Positions 19,618 through 29,049 of a DNA stretch of 64,000 nt are shown one piece after another (position 1 is the stretch's first letter; each line of letters begins with the position of its first letter). The notes below the pieces were generated by a model that searched no databases, was not told where the DNA came from, and worked only from the letters and a program-made list of their open reading frames with translations. Source of the stretch: an uncultured Planctomycetales bacterium (GTDB lineage Bacteria; Omnitrophota; Gorgyraeia; Zapsychrales; JBDRMG01); NCBI GenBank assembly GCA_964478715.1, contig CAYZIY010000003.1, positions 6,669 through 70,668 of the forward strand, given 5' to 3'. Position numbers and translations under genes: made by a program.

Positions 19618-20868
19618 ATGGAGCTCAAAGAGAAATTTATTGAATCGATTGTTGAAGCGACTGAGGAATCATTCATGATGATTTTGGCCTTAACGCCTCA
19701 GCGTATTGATGGAATAGCTTCTTTAAGTCAACCCGGCCGTCTCATATGTAGCATAGAATTCTCCGGGAGCATCAAAGGCGCTATCGCTGTCAGCCTCTCC
19801 AACGAAGCGGCTTGTCAGCTGGCTTCCAAAATGCTCGAAGTCGAGATCAATGTAATCAACAAAGATGTGACGTATGCGATTGGGGAGTTTCTCAATACGA
19901 TTGTTTCAGGGGTGAGCGTGCGCTTGGCTTCTATTCCGCATATCTTTGATGCTTATTCTCCGGAGATTGTGAAAGGCAGTGAATTTGAGCAAACGATGAA
20001 AATACATGTTCATTATATTCATATGGGATTTCGTACAGAAATATTCAATTTTGATATGGTCGGTTATTATCGATTCCCTGACGAGGAAATGAAGCCGCCT
20101 CCGGCTGATGAAGAAAAGAGTTTCGACAGTGTGCTTGGTAATTCTTTAACGGTAAGCGATCAAACTGAAGATTTTTTGGATCAATCGACTCCCGAACAAA
20201 ATCATCCCCAGCATTCACCGGAAGCGGTCCAGGAAAAAATTCCGGAAGGTGAGAGCGAGAAATCAAAAGTTCATTCTATTCTCAAGGCCATTCTGAAGGC
20301 CGAAGATGAAGCCGTGGAAGAGGAAACGAAAGATAAATGCGATAAATCACCATCGGTGAATGAAATGATTTACACTGCTGGTAAAGCAGGGGAGCCTTCC
20401 GATAAAAATCTATTGCCTCGGCAAATATTAAAAAAAGAAGAAATAGAACAAAAACAGCAGAAAGAACAAGAGGGGTCTTCGGGACCAGAGAAAGAAAGTA
20501 AGGAAATAGAACCAAATCCGGAACAATCGGAGAGAAAAAAACAGGAGCAAAATGTTGATCAAGAGGAGCCGGATCTTTCAGAACCCCTACGGGAATCGCA
20601 TCAGATATCTGCTAAATCTAAAGAGACGCGGACAATAGATAAACAAGAAATCGCAAAAGCCCTAGAGAAATTGCTGGAAAAACCCGGTGACAAGTTTGAT
20701 CCTGCTGAAATTAAAGAACTTTTGGCTCCTTTGCTGAAATTGGATCACGTGGACTTAAGTCTCCCCGCTTCGACACAAGTAGATATGTCTAAAGATGTTC
20801 AGCTAGAATCGGAATCCGTCCGCAAGCTGGATGAATTGATCAAAAAAAACCGCAGTCTTCATCGTTAA
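19618..20868 (+). CDS. CheX-like N-terminal domain protein with long acidic/low-complexity C-terminus
   Basis: IEFSGSIKG, AIGEFLNTIVSG (ExxN CheC/CheX motif); ~250 aa E/K/Q/P/S-rich tail. Confidence 0.7.
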   Translation: MELKEKFIESIVEATEESFMMILALTPQRIDGIASLSQPGRLICSIEFSGSIKGAIAVSLSNEAACQLASKMLEVEINVINKDVTYAIGEFLNTIVSGVSVRLASIPHIFDAYSPEIVKGSEFEQTMKIHVHYIHMGFRTEIFNFDMVGYYRFPDEEMKPPPADEEKSFDSVLGNSLTVSDQTEDFLDQSTPEQNHPQHSPEAVQEKIPEGESEKSKVHSILKAILKAEDEAVEEETKDKCDKSPSVNEMIYTAGKAGEPSDKNLLPRQILKKEEIEQKQQKEQEGSSGPEKESKEIEPNPEQSERKKQEQNVDQEEPDLSEPLRESHQISAKSKETRTIDKQEIAKALEKLLEKPGDKFDPAEIKELLAPLLKLDHVDLSLPASTQVDMSKDVQLESESVRKLDELIKKNRSLHR

Positions 20869-20915
20869 ATTTTAGAAATTATATTATTCCATCCTGTTTG
20901 GAAAAATTTTTCTGC

Positions 20916-20944
20916 TTGAGATCGAATGCCAAAATCGCTATAAT
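20916..20944 (+). promoter_or_regulatory. Sigma70 promoter of trxA operon
   Basis: TTGAGA-17nt-TATAAT; AGGAGG RBS follows. Confidence 0.7.
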
Positions 20945-20986
20945 AATTCATCTTAATAGAATTACAATTTAAAAGGAGGATGCTTT

Positions 20987-21313
20987 ATGGCTGCAGTAAA
21001 AGTGACTCAGGATTCGTTTGAGCAGGAAGTTTTAAATTCCGATAAACCTGTTTTAGTCGATTTTTGGGCAGAATGGTGCGGACCCTGCAAGATGATTGCT
21101 CCTATTATTGATGAGCTGGCAGTAGAATTTGAAGGAAAAGTTAAATTTTGTAAAGCTAATGTCGATGAAGTCCAGCAGTTGGCAACCCAATATAGCGTTA
21201 TGTCAATTCCCACCCTTGTCTTTTTTAAGGACGGGAAACCGGTGGATCAGGTGATCGGTGCTCAGGGCAAAGATCAGTTGATGAATAAAATTAACCAGCA
21301 TGTTTCCGCTTAA
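20987..21313 (+). CDS. trxA: Thioredoxin
   Basis: DFWAEWCGPCKM, SIPTL. Confidence 0.97.
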   Translation: MAAVKVTQDSFEQEVLNSDKPVLVDFWAEWCGPCKMIAPIIDELAVEFEGKVKFCKANVDEVQQLATQYSVMSIPTLVFFKDGKPVDQVIGAQGKDQLMNKINQHVSA

Positions 21314-21353
21314 GCGGAAGAAATTGACGAGTTTATCGAATAGGGACAAAAAA

Positions 21354-21710
21354 ATGTATTTAACATTTTGCCGTGCAAAGATTGCTCGGGCCAAGGTCAC
21401 TGAAGCCGAGCTCTATTATGAAGGTAGCATCACCATTGATGAAGCCATTCTTGAAGCCGCCAATATTTATCCAGGTGAAAAGGTAGAGATCCTTAATCTC
21501 AATAATGGTAATCGAACCGAAACTTATGTGATTGTTGGGGAAAGGGACTCGGGCCAAATTTGTCTTAATGGCCCGGCGGCTCGATTAGGATATGTCGGAG
21601 ATGAACTGATTATATTGAGTTATGCGTTGGTTGAGAAAAAGGATATCGAAAAAGAAAAAACAAAAGTGGTTTATTTAGATGATCGCAACAAAGTTAAAAA
21701 TTCGCGTTGA
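21354..21710 (+). CDS. panD: Aspartate 1-decarboxylase
   Basis: YEGSITID (Gly-Ser cleavage site), NGNRTETY, LNGPAAR; ATG 21354. Confidence 0.93.
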   Translation: MYLTFCRAKIARAKVTEAELYYEGSITIDEAILEAANIYPGEKVEILNLNNGNRTETYVIVGERDSGQICLNGPAARLGYVGDELIILSYALVEKKDIEKEKTKVVYLDDRNKVKNSR

Positions 21711-22236
21711 AGGCGACCCCTGTCTTCGCAAAAAATCCAAGAAAGTCGCTGAAATGAATTCCAGCGAACGTCTGCTGGTGGCCTCGATGATCAAAACCAT
21801 GCACGAGAACAACGGTATTGGTTTGGCCGCTCCTCAGGTTGGCCTTAATAAACAAATCTTTGTCGTTGATATCGGTGAAAGCCCCATGGCTTTTGTGAAT
21901 CCTCAAATCCTTTCTAAGAAAGGTATGGATGTGATGGAGGAGGGATGCCTGAGTCTTCCGGGCGTAACGGTTAAAGTCAAGCGGCCACAAACGATTAAGG
22001 TGAGGTATTGCGACGAACAAAACAGAGAATACACCAAAGAATTCAGCGATTTGATGGCCAAGGTTATTTTGCATGAAAATGATCATTTGCAGGGTAAATT
22101 AATTATTGATTATGCTGGTTTTCGTCAACGAATTCGTTATCACCGGCAATTGAGGGAACTTCTTAAACAAGCAACAGAAGAGCAGTCGTCTTTACAAACG
22201 CCAGGTACTGATGAAAAAGCTCCCCCCTTGGTTTAG
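21679..22236 (+). CDS. def: Peptide deformylase
   Basis: GIGLAAPQVG, EGCLS, HENDH. Confidence 0.96.
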   Translation: MIATKLKIRVEGDPCLRKKSKKVAEMNSSERLLVASMIKTMHENNGIGLAAPQVGLNKQIFVVDIGESPMAFVNPQILSKKGMDVMEEGCLSLPGVTVKVKRPQTIKVRYCDEQNREYTKEFSDLMAKVILHENDHLQGKLIIDYAGFRQRIRYHRQLRELLKQATEEQSSLQTPGTDEKAPPLV

Positions 22237-23101
22237 ACAAGACATACCTGATTCTCATATTATCCGAAAGCTTAAAGTCCAATTAAGTGAAACCGGACTT
22301 TCTACTGTATGCCAGAGCGCGCGATGCCCTAATCTGGGTATTTGCTGGAAAGAGAATTCTGCGACGTTTATGATTTTGGGGGATCACTGTACCCGAGAAT
22401 GTCGGTTTTGTGCTGTGACAAATGCTGCCCCCAGAGAGATAGATCCCCGGGAACCAGAGAAAATTATGGAGGTGGTTTCTCGTTTGGGTTTGCAATATGT
22501 CGTTATTACATCTGTAACCCGTGATGATTTGCCGGATGGGGGCGCTCATCATTTTGCTCAAACGATTAAGGCTCTCAAGCGGATACCGGGACTTATCGGC
22601 GTGGAGGCTTTGATTCCTGATTTCCAGGGTAATGAAGATAGTTTGGAAATTATCGTTAAAGAGGCCTTGAGTGTTTGCAATCATAACTGCGAAACGGTTG
22701 AGCGATTGACTCCTCAGATTCGTAAAGGAGCAGATTACCAAAGATCTTTGCGGGTGCTAGAAAGAGCCAAGCAGTTTCGGCCGTCTCTTATTACCAAATC
22801 AGGATTTATGGTCGGCCTGGGGGAAACGGAGAAGGAGATCATTTCCCTGATGAGAGATATTGCCCTAACCGGATGTGATATTCTCACCATTGGTCAATAT
22901 TTATCACCCTCCCAGGGTGAACGGCATCTGCCGGTTGATCGATTTGCCTCTCCTCAGCAATTTGATAATTATCGATCCTGGGCTTTTGAGATGGGTTTTA
23001 AAGTTGTCGAGAGCGGCCCATTGGTGCGCAGTTCCTATAGAGCCAAAGAATCCTTTTTAACCTGTCGCGAGACTTGTCAACTCAAGGAGGCGATAGCATA
23101 G
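22211..23101 (+). CDS. lipA: Lipoyl synthase
   Basis: CQSARCPNLGIC, CTRECRFC, SVTRDDLPDGG, VRSSY. Confidence 0.96.
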   Translation: MKKLPPWFRQDIPDSHIIRKLKVQLSETGLSTVCQSARCPNLGICWKENSATFMILGDHCTRECRFCAVTNAAPREIDPREPEKIMEVVSRLGLQYVVITSVTRDDLPDGGAHHFAQTIKALKRIPGLIGVEALIPDFQGNEDSLEIIVKEALSVCNHNCETVERLTPQIRKGADYQRSLRVLERAKQFRPSLITKSGFMVGLGETEKEIISLMRDIALTGCDILTIGQYLSPSQGERHLPVDRFASPQQFDNYRSWAFEMGFKVVESGPLVRSSYRAKESFLTCRETCQLKEAIA

Positions 23102-23105
23102 AGTT

Positions 23106-24098
23106 ATGAAGAAAATCGCTAGGAACATTATTTCTTTTTTGGTCAAATTGAGTTTCAGCGGTGCTCTCCTTGCCTATCTGTTCCATAAGATGGATTTTGA
23201 AAAGACGCTGGAAACTCTCAAGAAAGCGGATTTGAATTATATTTTATTGGCGGCATTCTTCTTTCTGATTGTTAATGTCATTCTTTTAATCCGCTGGTCC
23301 TTTTTCTTAAAGGCTTTAAATCTGCAGGTATCTTTTTTGACCGCGGCCCGATGTTTGTTTATCGGGTTGTTTTTCAATCTGTTTTTTCCTACTTCTACCG
23401 GCGGAGATGTGATGAAGATTTGGTTTCTTTTTAAAAACACGGAAGAAAAAGGAAAGGCCGTGGCCTCTGTCGTGGCTGACCGGCTTTGGGGATTTCTGTC
23501 GATTGTTCTAATCGGTACCGTAGCCTATTTAGCGGGTCATCATTTATTTCAGGATCAAATTTTGCTTTTAGCTATTCTGATTCTGGCCACCGTGAGTTTT
23601 TCGGCGGCTTTTGTCCTTTTTCATGAAAAATCTTACACGTTTTGTTGCCGCATTTTTAGCCCTTTTCCTAAATTGAAAGAAAACTTGATTCGCTTTCATC
23701 ACACTATTGCACTGCTTAAAAATAAAAAATGGGATCTTTTGATTCCTGTGGCCTACTCTTGTTTAGGGCAGATTTTTTTTGCTTTTACATTTTATTTTAT
23801 CGCCAAAGCTCTGCATCAGGATATTAATATTGTCTACTTTCTGATTTTTGTGCCTTTAATATGCGTGGTTTCCTCGCTGCCATCTATTGCCGGTTTGGGA
23901 TTTCGTGATTTCGGAGCCGCTTATCTGTTTGCGAAAGTCGGCATGGCCACCGGAACAGCCGTAAGCATGACTTTAATCAATTTTGTTTTTATGCTGGCCA
24001 TTGGATTGGTCGGGGGAGTCATTTATGTCTTTGCATTATCTCCTAGACGGATACAACATCACCAAGCAGATTCCGCAGCTCTCCCGGAAGAAACATAA
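23106..24098 (+). CDS. UPF0104/lysylphosphatidylglycerol synthase TM-region (flippase-like) membrane protein
   Basis: Multi-TM; IGLFFNLFFPTSTGGDV, DRLWG, LPSIAGLGFRD. Confidence 0.8.
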   Translation: MKKIARNIISFLVKLSFSGALLAYLFHKMDFEKTLETLKKADLNYILLAAFFFLIVNVILLIRWSFFLKALNLQVSFLTAARCLFIGLFFNLFFPTSTGGDVMKIWFLFKNTEEKGKAVASVVADRLWGFLSIVLIGTVAYLAGHHLFQDQILLLAILILATVSFSAAFVLFHEKSYTFCCRIFSPFPKLKENLIRFHHTIALLKNKKWDLLIPVAYSCLGQIFFAFTFYFIAKALHQDINIVYFLIFVPLICVVSSLPSIAGLGFRDFGAAYLFAKVGMATGTAVSMTLINFVFMLAIGLVGGVIYVFALSPRRIQHHQADSAALPEET

Positions 24099-24531
24099 GG
24101 GAGAACGCGAAAGTCTGATTCACTTGATCGAAACCGTTCGGCCGCAAGGAAGCATCAAAAACAAGGTCACTGTCGTCTGGGATGGTCGGGCAGGGATGGA
24201 TGCCTTGACGGATCGTTCTCACAAAATCGTGAGCAGCATTTTCAGTAAAGAGATTTCTGCCGATGACCGGATTCGGGAATTTGTTCGATCGTTTAAGCAT
24301 AAAAAACAACTGATTGTCGTTACCGATGATAAGGAGCTGAAATTTTCGATCAGGGCTTTGGGGGCCCGTGTCAGTTGTGTAAAAGATTTTCTCGACAAAT
24401 GCTCAGTATCGACAGAAAAGAAAAATAAACGAAAGAAAAGAGATCCTTCCGATCGCAAATATATATCTAAATCGGCAGAGCATGAAATTAATGAGGAACT
24501 AAAAAAGATCTGGATTGATTCGAGAGACTGA
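24025..24531 (+). CDS. NYN domain ribonuclease (YacP-like)
   Basis: LLDGYNI, VVWDG, SADDRI, VVTDDKEL; GGAG RBS before ATG 24025. Confidence 0.85.
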   Translation: MSLHYLLDGYNITKQIPQLSRKKHKGERESLIHLIETVRPQGSIKNKVTVVWDGRAGMDALTDRSHKIVSSIFSKEISADDRIREFVRSFKHKKQLIVVTDDKELKFSIRALGARVSCVKDFLDKCSVSTEKKNKRKKRDPSDRKYISKSAEHEINEELKKIWIDSRD

Positions 24532-24537
24532 TTATTC

Positions 24538-25308
24538 ATGAGGCATTTAGTGGAGTATCTAATCGGTTTTATCGCGGGCATTGGTCAGGCTGTTTTATTT
24601 CTGCTCTCTGTGATCCGTTATATTCTAAAGGGCCGAATCAGATTCAAAGAGGTTCTCAAGCAGATTTACGAACAGGGCATGCAGTCGGTGGTTGTGGTGG
24701 CCTTGGCGTCTTTGGCTTCGGGCGTTGTTTTAGCCCTTCAGGGTCATGTTATGTTGAATCGCTTCGGAGCCAAAGAATATATTGCTCATCTGGTGGCGCT
24801 TTCTTTAGTGAGGGAATTGAGCCCGGTTTTTTCATCTTTTATTTTTTCAGGAAAGGCTGGAGCGCGCGTGACCGCGGAACTGGGATCAATGAATGTCAAC
24901 GATCAGATTATGGCGGTTCGAACTATGGGGGTTGATCCAATCGAATTTCTGATTGTTCCTCGAATGGTAGCGTCTTTCCTGGTATTGCCTATTCTGGTTG
25001 TGATTTCTGAAGTTATCGGGATTGCCGGTGGCTATTTTGTGGGAATCTTTGAAGCGAACATTCCGGGGACTTTTTATATTAATCAAACGCTGCGGGCTAT
25101 TGATTTTACCGATTTCTTCAGTGGATTTATTAAGTCGTTTTTCTTTGCAGGAATTATCGGCTGGGTTTGCTGCTATCAGGGGTTTACGACCAAGGGAGGA
25201 TCCTTGGGAGTTGGAAAATATACGACCAAAGCAGTGGCTTTATCATATATCCTGGTTGTTTTAGCCGATGTTTTTTTGACAAAAATTATTTTAACATTTT
25301 GGCATTAA
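24538..25308 (+). CDS. mlaE: MlaE-family ABC permease
   Basis: VRELSPV, AELGSMNVNDQI, MGVDPIEFLIVPR. Confidence 0.9.
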   Translation: MRHLVEYLIGFIAGIGQAVLFLLSVIRYILKGRIRFKEVLKQIYEQGMQSVVVVALASLASGVVLALQGHVMLNRFGAKEYIAHLVALSLVRELSPVFSSFIFSGKAGARVTAELGSMNVNDQIMAVRTMGVDPIEFLIVPRMVASFLVLPILVVISEVIGIAGGYFVGIFEANIPGTFYINQTLRAIDFTDFFSGFIKSFFFAGIIGWVCCYQGFTTKGGSLGVGKYTTKAVALSYILVVLADVFLTKIILTFWH

Positions 25309-25326
25309 TCCAGGGAGGGAGGATCC

Positions 25327-25674
25327 GTGAATAGACATTTTTTAGTAATGACCTTGACTCTTGCGTTAGCATTCTTTTTAAGTTCTTGCGAAACAACTCA
25401 AAAACAGAGGATAGATGAAATTGATTTTATTGTCCCCGAGGTTGAGGCCAGATGGATACGGGAAGGTGAGTCTATTGAATTTGAAGGGGAGAAATGGTAC
25501 CCTCAGGATTCCCTTGATTATCTTAGAGATGACGAAGTTTATTATTTGGGCGATTATAGGAATGTCCAGTTTTTCGTTGAAAAAATAGATGTTCGACCCT
25601 ATGATCGACTCTATACAAAATTTGGACAATATCAATTTCGGGTTTTTCAAAAAGAGGACTATCGCGAGAATTGA
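25327..25674 (+). CDS. Hypothetical lipoprotein
   Basis: Lipobox FLSSC; GGAGG RBS; between mlaE and mlaF. Confidence 0.7.
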   Translation: MNRHFLVMTLTLALAFFLSSCETTQKQRIDEIDFIVPEVEARWIREGESIEFEGEKWYPQDSLDYLRDDEVYYLGDYRNVQFFVEKIDVRPYDRLYTKFGQYQFRVFQKEDYREN

Positions 25675-26396
25675 TCAGGGCGGAGAATATATCCATAGCG
25701 TTGGGGGGGCATGTCATTTTTGATCGGCTGAGTTTCGATATTGCTGATGGCCAGCTTTTTGTCATTTTAGGTCAAAGCGGTGCAGGGAAAAGCGTTCTTT
25801 TAAGACACCTTATCGGATTGATGAAACCGGATCAAGGAAGTATTATTATCGACGGACTGTGTATTTCTGATCTTTCGGAAAGACGACTTTTGGACGTCCG
25901 GAAGAATATTGGCTATTTGTTTCAGGACGGGGCCTTGTTTGATTTTATGAATATCTATGAGAATCTGGCTTTTCCTCTTGAAGAACATACGCTACTGAAG
26001 AGAAAAAATATCACCCAAAAAGTAAAAAATATCCTGCATCAAGTGGGATTAGAAGGTGTTGAAAATATGTTTCCGATAGAGTTAAGCGGAGGAATGCGTA
26101 AACGTGCTGCTTTAGCTCGGTCCGTGATTTTGGACTGTCAATATCTTTTTTGTGATGAACCGACATCGGGATTGGATCCCAAGCGGAGCTATGAAATTGC
26201 TAATTTAATTCGGGAAATGACGAGAAATAGTAACCGAACTACGGTGATGACATCCCACGATATTCCTAATTCATTGCGCATTGCGGATCGGTTGGCTATT
26301 TTGCAAAACGGGACATTTGCAGCAGTCGGCAGCAAAGACGATTTGGTCTCTTCAAAAGATCCCTTTGTGTGTGACTTTCTGAATAAATATCGTTAA
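25671..26396 (+). CDS. mlaF: MlaF-family ABC ATPase
   Basis: GQSGAGKS, FQDGALFD, LSGGMRKRAALAR, DEPTSGLDP. Confidence 0.9.
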   Translation: MIRAENISIALGGHVIFDRLSFDIADGQLFVILGQSGAGKSVLLRHLIGLMKPDQGSIIIDGLCISDLSERRLLDVRKNIGYLFQDGALFDFMNIYENLAFPLEEHTLLKRKNITQKVKNILHQVGLEGVENMFPIELSGGMRKRAALARSVILDCQYLFCDEPTSGLDPKRSYEIANLIREMTRNSNRTTVMTSHDIPNSLRIADRLAILQNGTFAAVGSKDDLVSSKDPFVCDFLNKYR

Positions 26397-26410
26397 ATAG
26401 GGGAGGATCC

Positions 26411-27004
26411 ATGGATAAAAGAGAATTTGTCAAAAGGCTTTATGCCGGGATATTCCTCATCATCGGCATAGCCTTAATTGTGGTTGTGATCTTGGCTATT
26501 GGGATGGAAAAAGGATTAACCCAACCCAAATTTCAGATAAGCGTTGTCTTTCGGGAAGTCGGGGGATTATCTATCGGCGCTCCCGTGCGCCTTTCCGGTG
26601 TAAATGTGGGAACGGTTGGTTCCATCGATTTTTTGGAAAACAAGTTTCAGGGGCGGGGTGTTATTGTCAATTTGCTAGTTTTTACCCGATATCGGAAACA
26701 GCTGGAGAAGGCGAAAAGATTTATGATAAAAACAGAAGGCGTGCTGGGGGAGAAGATTGTCAAGATCAGTTCTTCGCAGTATGGAGAACAGATAGACTTC
26801 ACCCAACCCATTATCGGGGAAGATCCTCTGGATGTGCAGGATTTGGCGGAGAAATTCGGCGATACCGCCAAATCGCTGACGGCGACCAGCGAAGGGATTC
26901 GCAAAATAGTCTTTGAGCTAAGAGAAATAGGGCGCACTTCTAAGAGATTGCTCGATCGCATTGAGCGCAGATTGATCGAGGGTAATCTGTTTCGAGTTTT
27001 CTAA
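26411..27004 (+). CDS. mlaD: MlaD/MCE domain protein
   Basis: N-terminal TM, GLSIGAPVRLSGVNVGTV, EGVLGEK. Confidence 0.88.
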   Translation: MDKREFVKRLYAGIFLIIGIALIVVVILAIGMEKGLTQPKFQISVVFREVGGLSIGAPVRLSGVNVGTVGSIDFLENKFQGRGVIVNLLVFTRYRKQLEKAKRFMIKTEGVLGEKIVKISSSQYGEQIDFTQPIIGEDPLDVQDLAEKFGDTAKSLTATSEGIRKIVFELREIGRTSKRLLDRIERRLIEGNLFRVF

Positions 27005-27036
27005 AATCAAATAATCAAAAACAAAGAGAGGAAAAA

Positions 27037-28113
27037 GTGGACAGTATCAAATTATTTGGAATGACAATTTCTCCCTGGATATTCTATCCTATGCTTTATC
27101 TTTTGTGGGTCACGGTCCTCCTGATTGTTAAAAAAATTGTGTTTTCGGCTGTGCAAAAAATTGCGCAAAAGACGAAAACAAAAGTCGATGACATCTTTTT
27201 GGAATCGGCAGATTTCCCGCTTCTTCTGATTATCTTTACCAGCGGTGGAGCTATCATCGAGCGGTTGCTTCCCTTGGCGACAGAGGCGGAATTAACCCGT
27301 TATTTCTTTATTGGTTTTAAAGCGGTCACAATTTTTGCGGTCATATTATTCTTTGATAAATTTATCAGCAAGCTGCTAAAAAATTATTCGGCAAAAGTAG
27401 AAATTCTCAAAACGTCCGGCGGAGTCGCTCAGGGTATGGCCCGTATTGTGGTCATCGGTTTGGGCCTGTTGATTTTGTTGGATAGCTTTGGCGTGTCGAT
27501 TACACCCATTATCGCCTCTTTAGGAATTGGGTCTTTGGCGGTAGCCCTGGCTCTTCAGCCCACCCTTGAAAATTTTTTCTCAGGGATACAGTTGGTCGCT
27601 GACAAACCGATTGTAGTCGGCCAATTTATCAAGCTGGAAAGCGGCGAGGAAGGTTATGTGCATAAAATCGGCTGGCGCTCCAGCTGGATCCGGATGCTGC
27701 CCAATAATATGGTGGTCATACCTAACAAGGTCTTGGTTAATTCCAAGATCATAAATTATTATTATCCTTCGACCGATATGGCCGTGTTAGTTCAGGTGGG
27801 AGTTCATTATCAATCCGATTTGGAGAAAGTGGAAAGAGTGACGATTGATGTAGGCAAGCAAACTATGAGGGAAGTTCAAGGCGGGGTGGCCGACTTTGAG
27901 CCTTTTATCCGCTATCATACTTTTGATTCCTCCAGTATTAATTTTACGGTGATTCTACGGGCCCAAGAGTTTGTGGATAATTATCTGGTCAAGCACGAAT
28001 TCATCAAGCGGTTGCAGAAAAGGTATGCCCAGGAAGATATCACGATTCCCTATCCGATTCGGGCTATCAATTATGAACAGGAAAAATCTTTTGAAAAACC
28101 CCCGAAAAAGTAA
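27037..28113 (+). CDS. mscS: Small-conductance mechanosensitive channel family protein
   Basis: IASLGIGSLAVALALQPTLENFFSG, IGWRSS, IPN, ITIPYP. Confidence 0.92.
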   Translation: MDSIKLFGMTISPWIFYPMLYLLWVTVLLIVKKIVFSAVQKIAQKTKTKVDDIFLESADFPLLLIIFTSGGAIIERLLPLATEAELTRYFFIGFKAVTIFAVILFFDKFISKLLKNYSAKVEILKTSGGVAQGMARIVVIGLGLLILLDSFGVSITPIIASLGIGSLAVALALQPTLENFFSGIQLVADKPIVVGQFIKLESGEEGYVHKIGWRSSWIRMLPNNMVVIPNKVLVNSKIINYYYPSTDMAVLVQVGVHYQSDLEKVERVTIDVGKQTMREVQGGVADFEPFIRYHTFDSSSINFTVILRAQEFVDNYLVKHEFIKRLQKRYAQEDITIPYPIRAINYEQEKSFEKPPKK

Positions 28114-28128
28114 AAGGACGGTTGTCTT

Positions 28129-28422
28129 ATGTTTATGCTCGGGAATCTTTTTAGCGCTTTAGCCCACCTGGTGGATATAGCTTTAACGATTCTCTATTGG
28201 CTTATTCTCATCAGGGCTCTGATTAGCTGGGTGAATCCGGATCCGTTTAATCCGATTGTGCAATTTCTTTATCGCATGACGGAGCCGATTCTAAGCCCGA
28301 TCAGACACTTTTTGCCAATGTCATCGATTGATCTGTCTCCTTTGATTGCTTTTTTTGCAATTATGTTTTTACGATATTTTCTTGTGCAAACATTGTGGGA
28401 TTTAGGAAGGACGCTGCGATAA
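28129..28422 (+). CDS. yggT: YggT family membrane protein
   Basis: ISWVNPDPFNPIVQFLYRMTEPIL, IDLSP. Confidence 0.92.
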   Translation: MFMLGNLFSALAHLVDIALTILYWLILIRALISWVNPDPFNPIVQFLYRMTEPILSPIRHFLPMSSIDLSPLIAFFAIMFLRYFLVQTLWDLGRTLR

Positions 28423-28439
28423 ATTGATTTAAAAAAGGA

Positions 28440-28727
28440 GTGATGATGCTTGATAAAATGAAACAAATGATGGATATGAAAAGGAAAGCCGATGAAATCA
28501 AGCGTGAGCTGGAATCATCGGAAATGGAAATCAATAATACGGGGGCTATTAGGATCGTGATCAACGGAGCCCAAAATATTAAATCCATAAAGATTGATCA
28601 TAATTTCTATCAAGAGCAACCGGGAAAACTGGAGAAGGATCTGGTGTTGTGCACCAATGCGGCTGTTAAGAAGTCGCAGGAATTAGCTGCTCAAAAAATG
28701 AAACAGGCGGTGGGGATGCCGTTTTAA
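28440..28727 (+). CDS. YbaB/EbfC nucleoid-associated protein
   Basis: Met/Gln-rich N helix, GAIRIVING...SIKID, LVLCTNAA; start may be ATG 28446. Confidence 0.8.
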   Translation: MMMLDKMKQMMDMKRKADEIKRELESSEMEINNTGAIRIVINGAQNIKSIKIDHNFYQEQPGKLEKDLVLCTNAAVKKSQELAAQKMKQAVGMPF

Positions 28728-28762
28728 ATTAAAGAGAACCATCAATAAATAAAGGAGGGACT

Positions 28763-28996
28763 ATGCCTTACGACAAGTCGCTGGATCAGGAGATATTTAA
28801 AGAAACAAAAGATCTAGGGGAGACCAAGATCACGGTTGGAGTTTTTTCCTATAACAATGGAGAAAAAAAGATGCAGATCTCCCGAGAAAACAAAAATAGA
28901 AATGATGAATGGCAGTTTGTCAAGCTGGGACGCCTGACTAAAGATGAGGCCCAGGAAATCATTCCTCTTATGCAGCAAGCCGTGGAAAGTATGTAA
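28763..28996 (+). CDS. Small hypothetical protein, possibly PC4/YdbC-like nucleic-acid binding
   Basis: Strong GGAGG RBS; beta-rich VGVFSYNNGEKKMQISRE...KLGRLT followed by a helix. Confidence 0.6.
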   Translation: MPYDKSLDQEIFKETKDLGETKITVGVFSYNNGEKKMQISRENKNRNDEWQFVKLGRLTKDEAQEIIPLMQQAVESM

Positions 28997-29008
28997 ATAA
29001 AGAAACTT

Positions 29009-29048
29009 TTAAGCCCCGTTCTCAATATAAGAACGGGGCTTAATTTTT
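29009..29048 (+). terminator. Intrinsic terminator
   Basis: TTAAGCCCCGTTCT / AGAACGGGGCTTAA 14-bp stem + TTTTT. Confidence 0.85.
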
Positions 29049-29049
29049 A

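Noticed and set aside
21304-21319. Perfect 16-bp palindrome TTCCGCTTAAGCGGAA over the trxA stop
   Set aside because: Single copy, no U-tract, inside an apparent operon; no supportable function
24025-24531. NYN nuclease as toxin/defence gene
   Set aside because: YacP-like housekeeping type with no antitoxin or defence neighbours
25315-26413. Identical GGGAGGATCC before two mla-operon start codons
   Set aside because: Explained by strong Shine-Dalgarno sequences; too short to imply a repeat element
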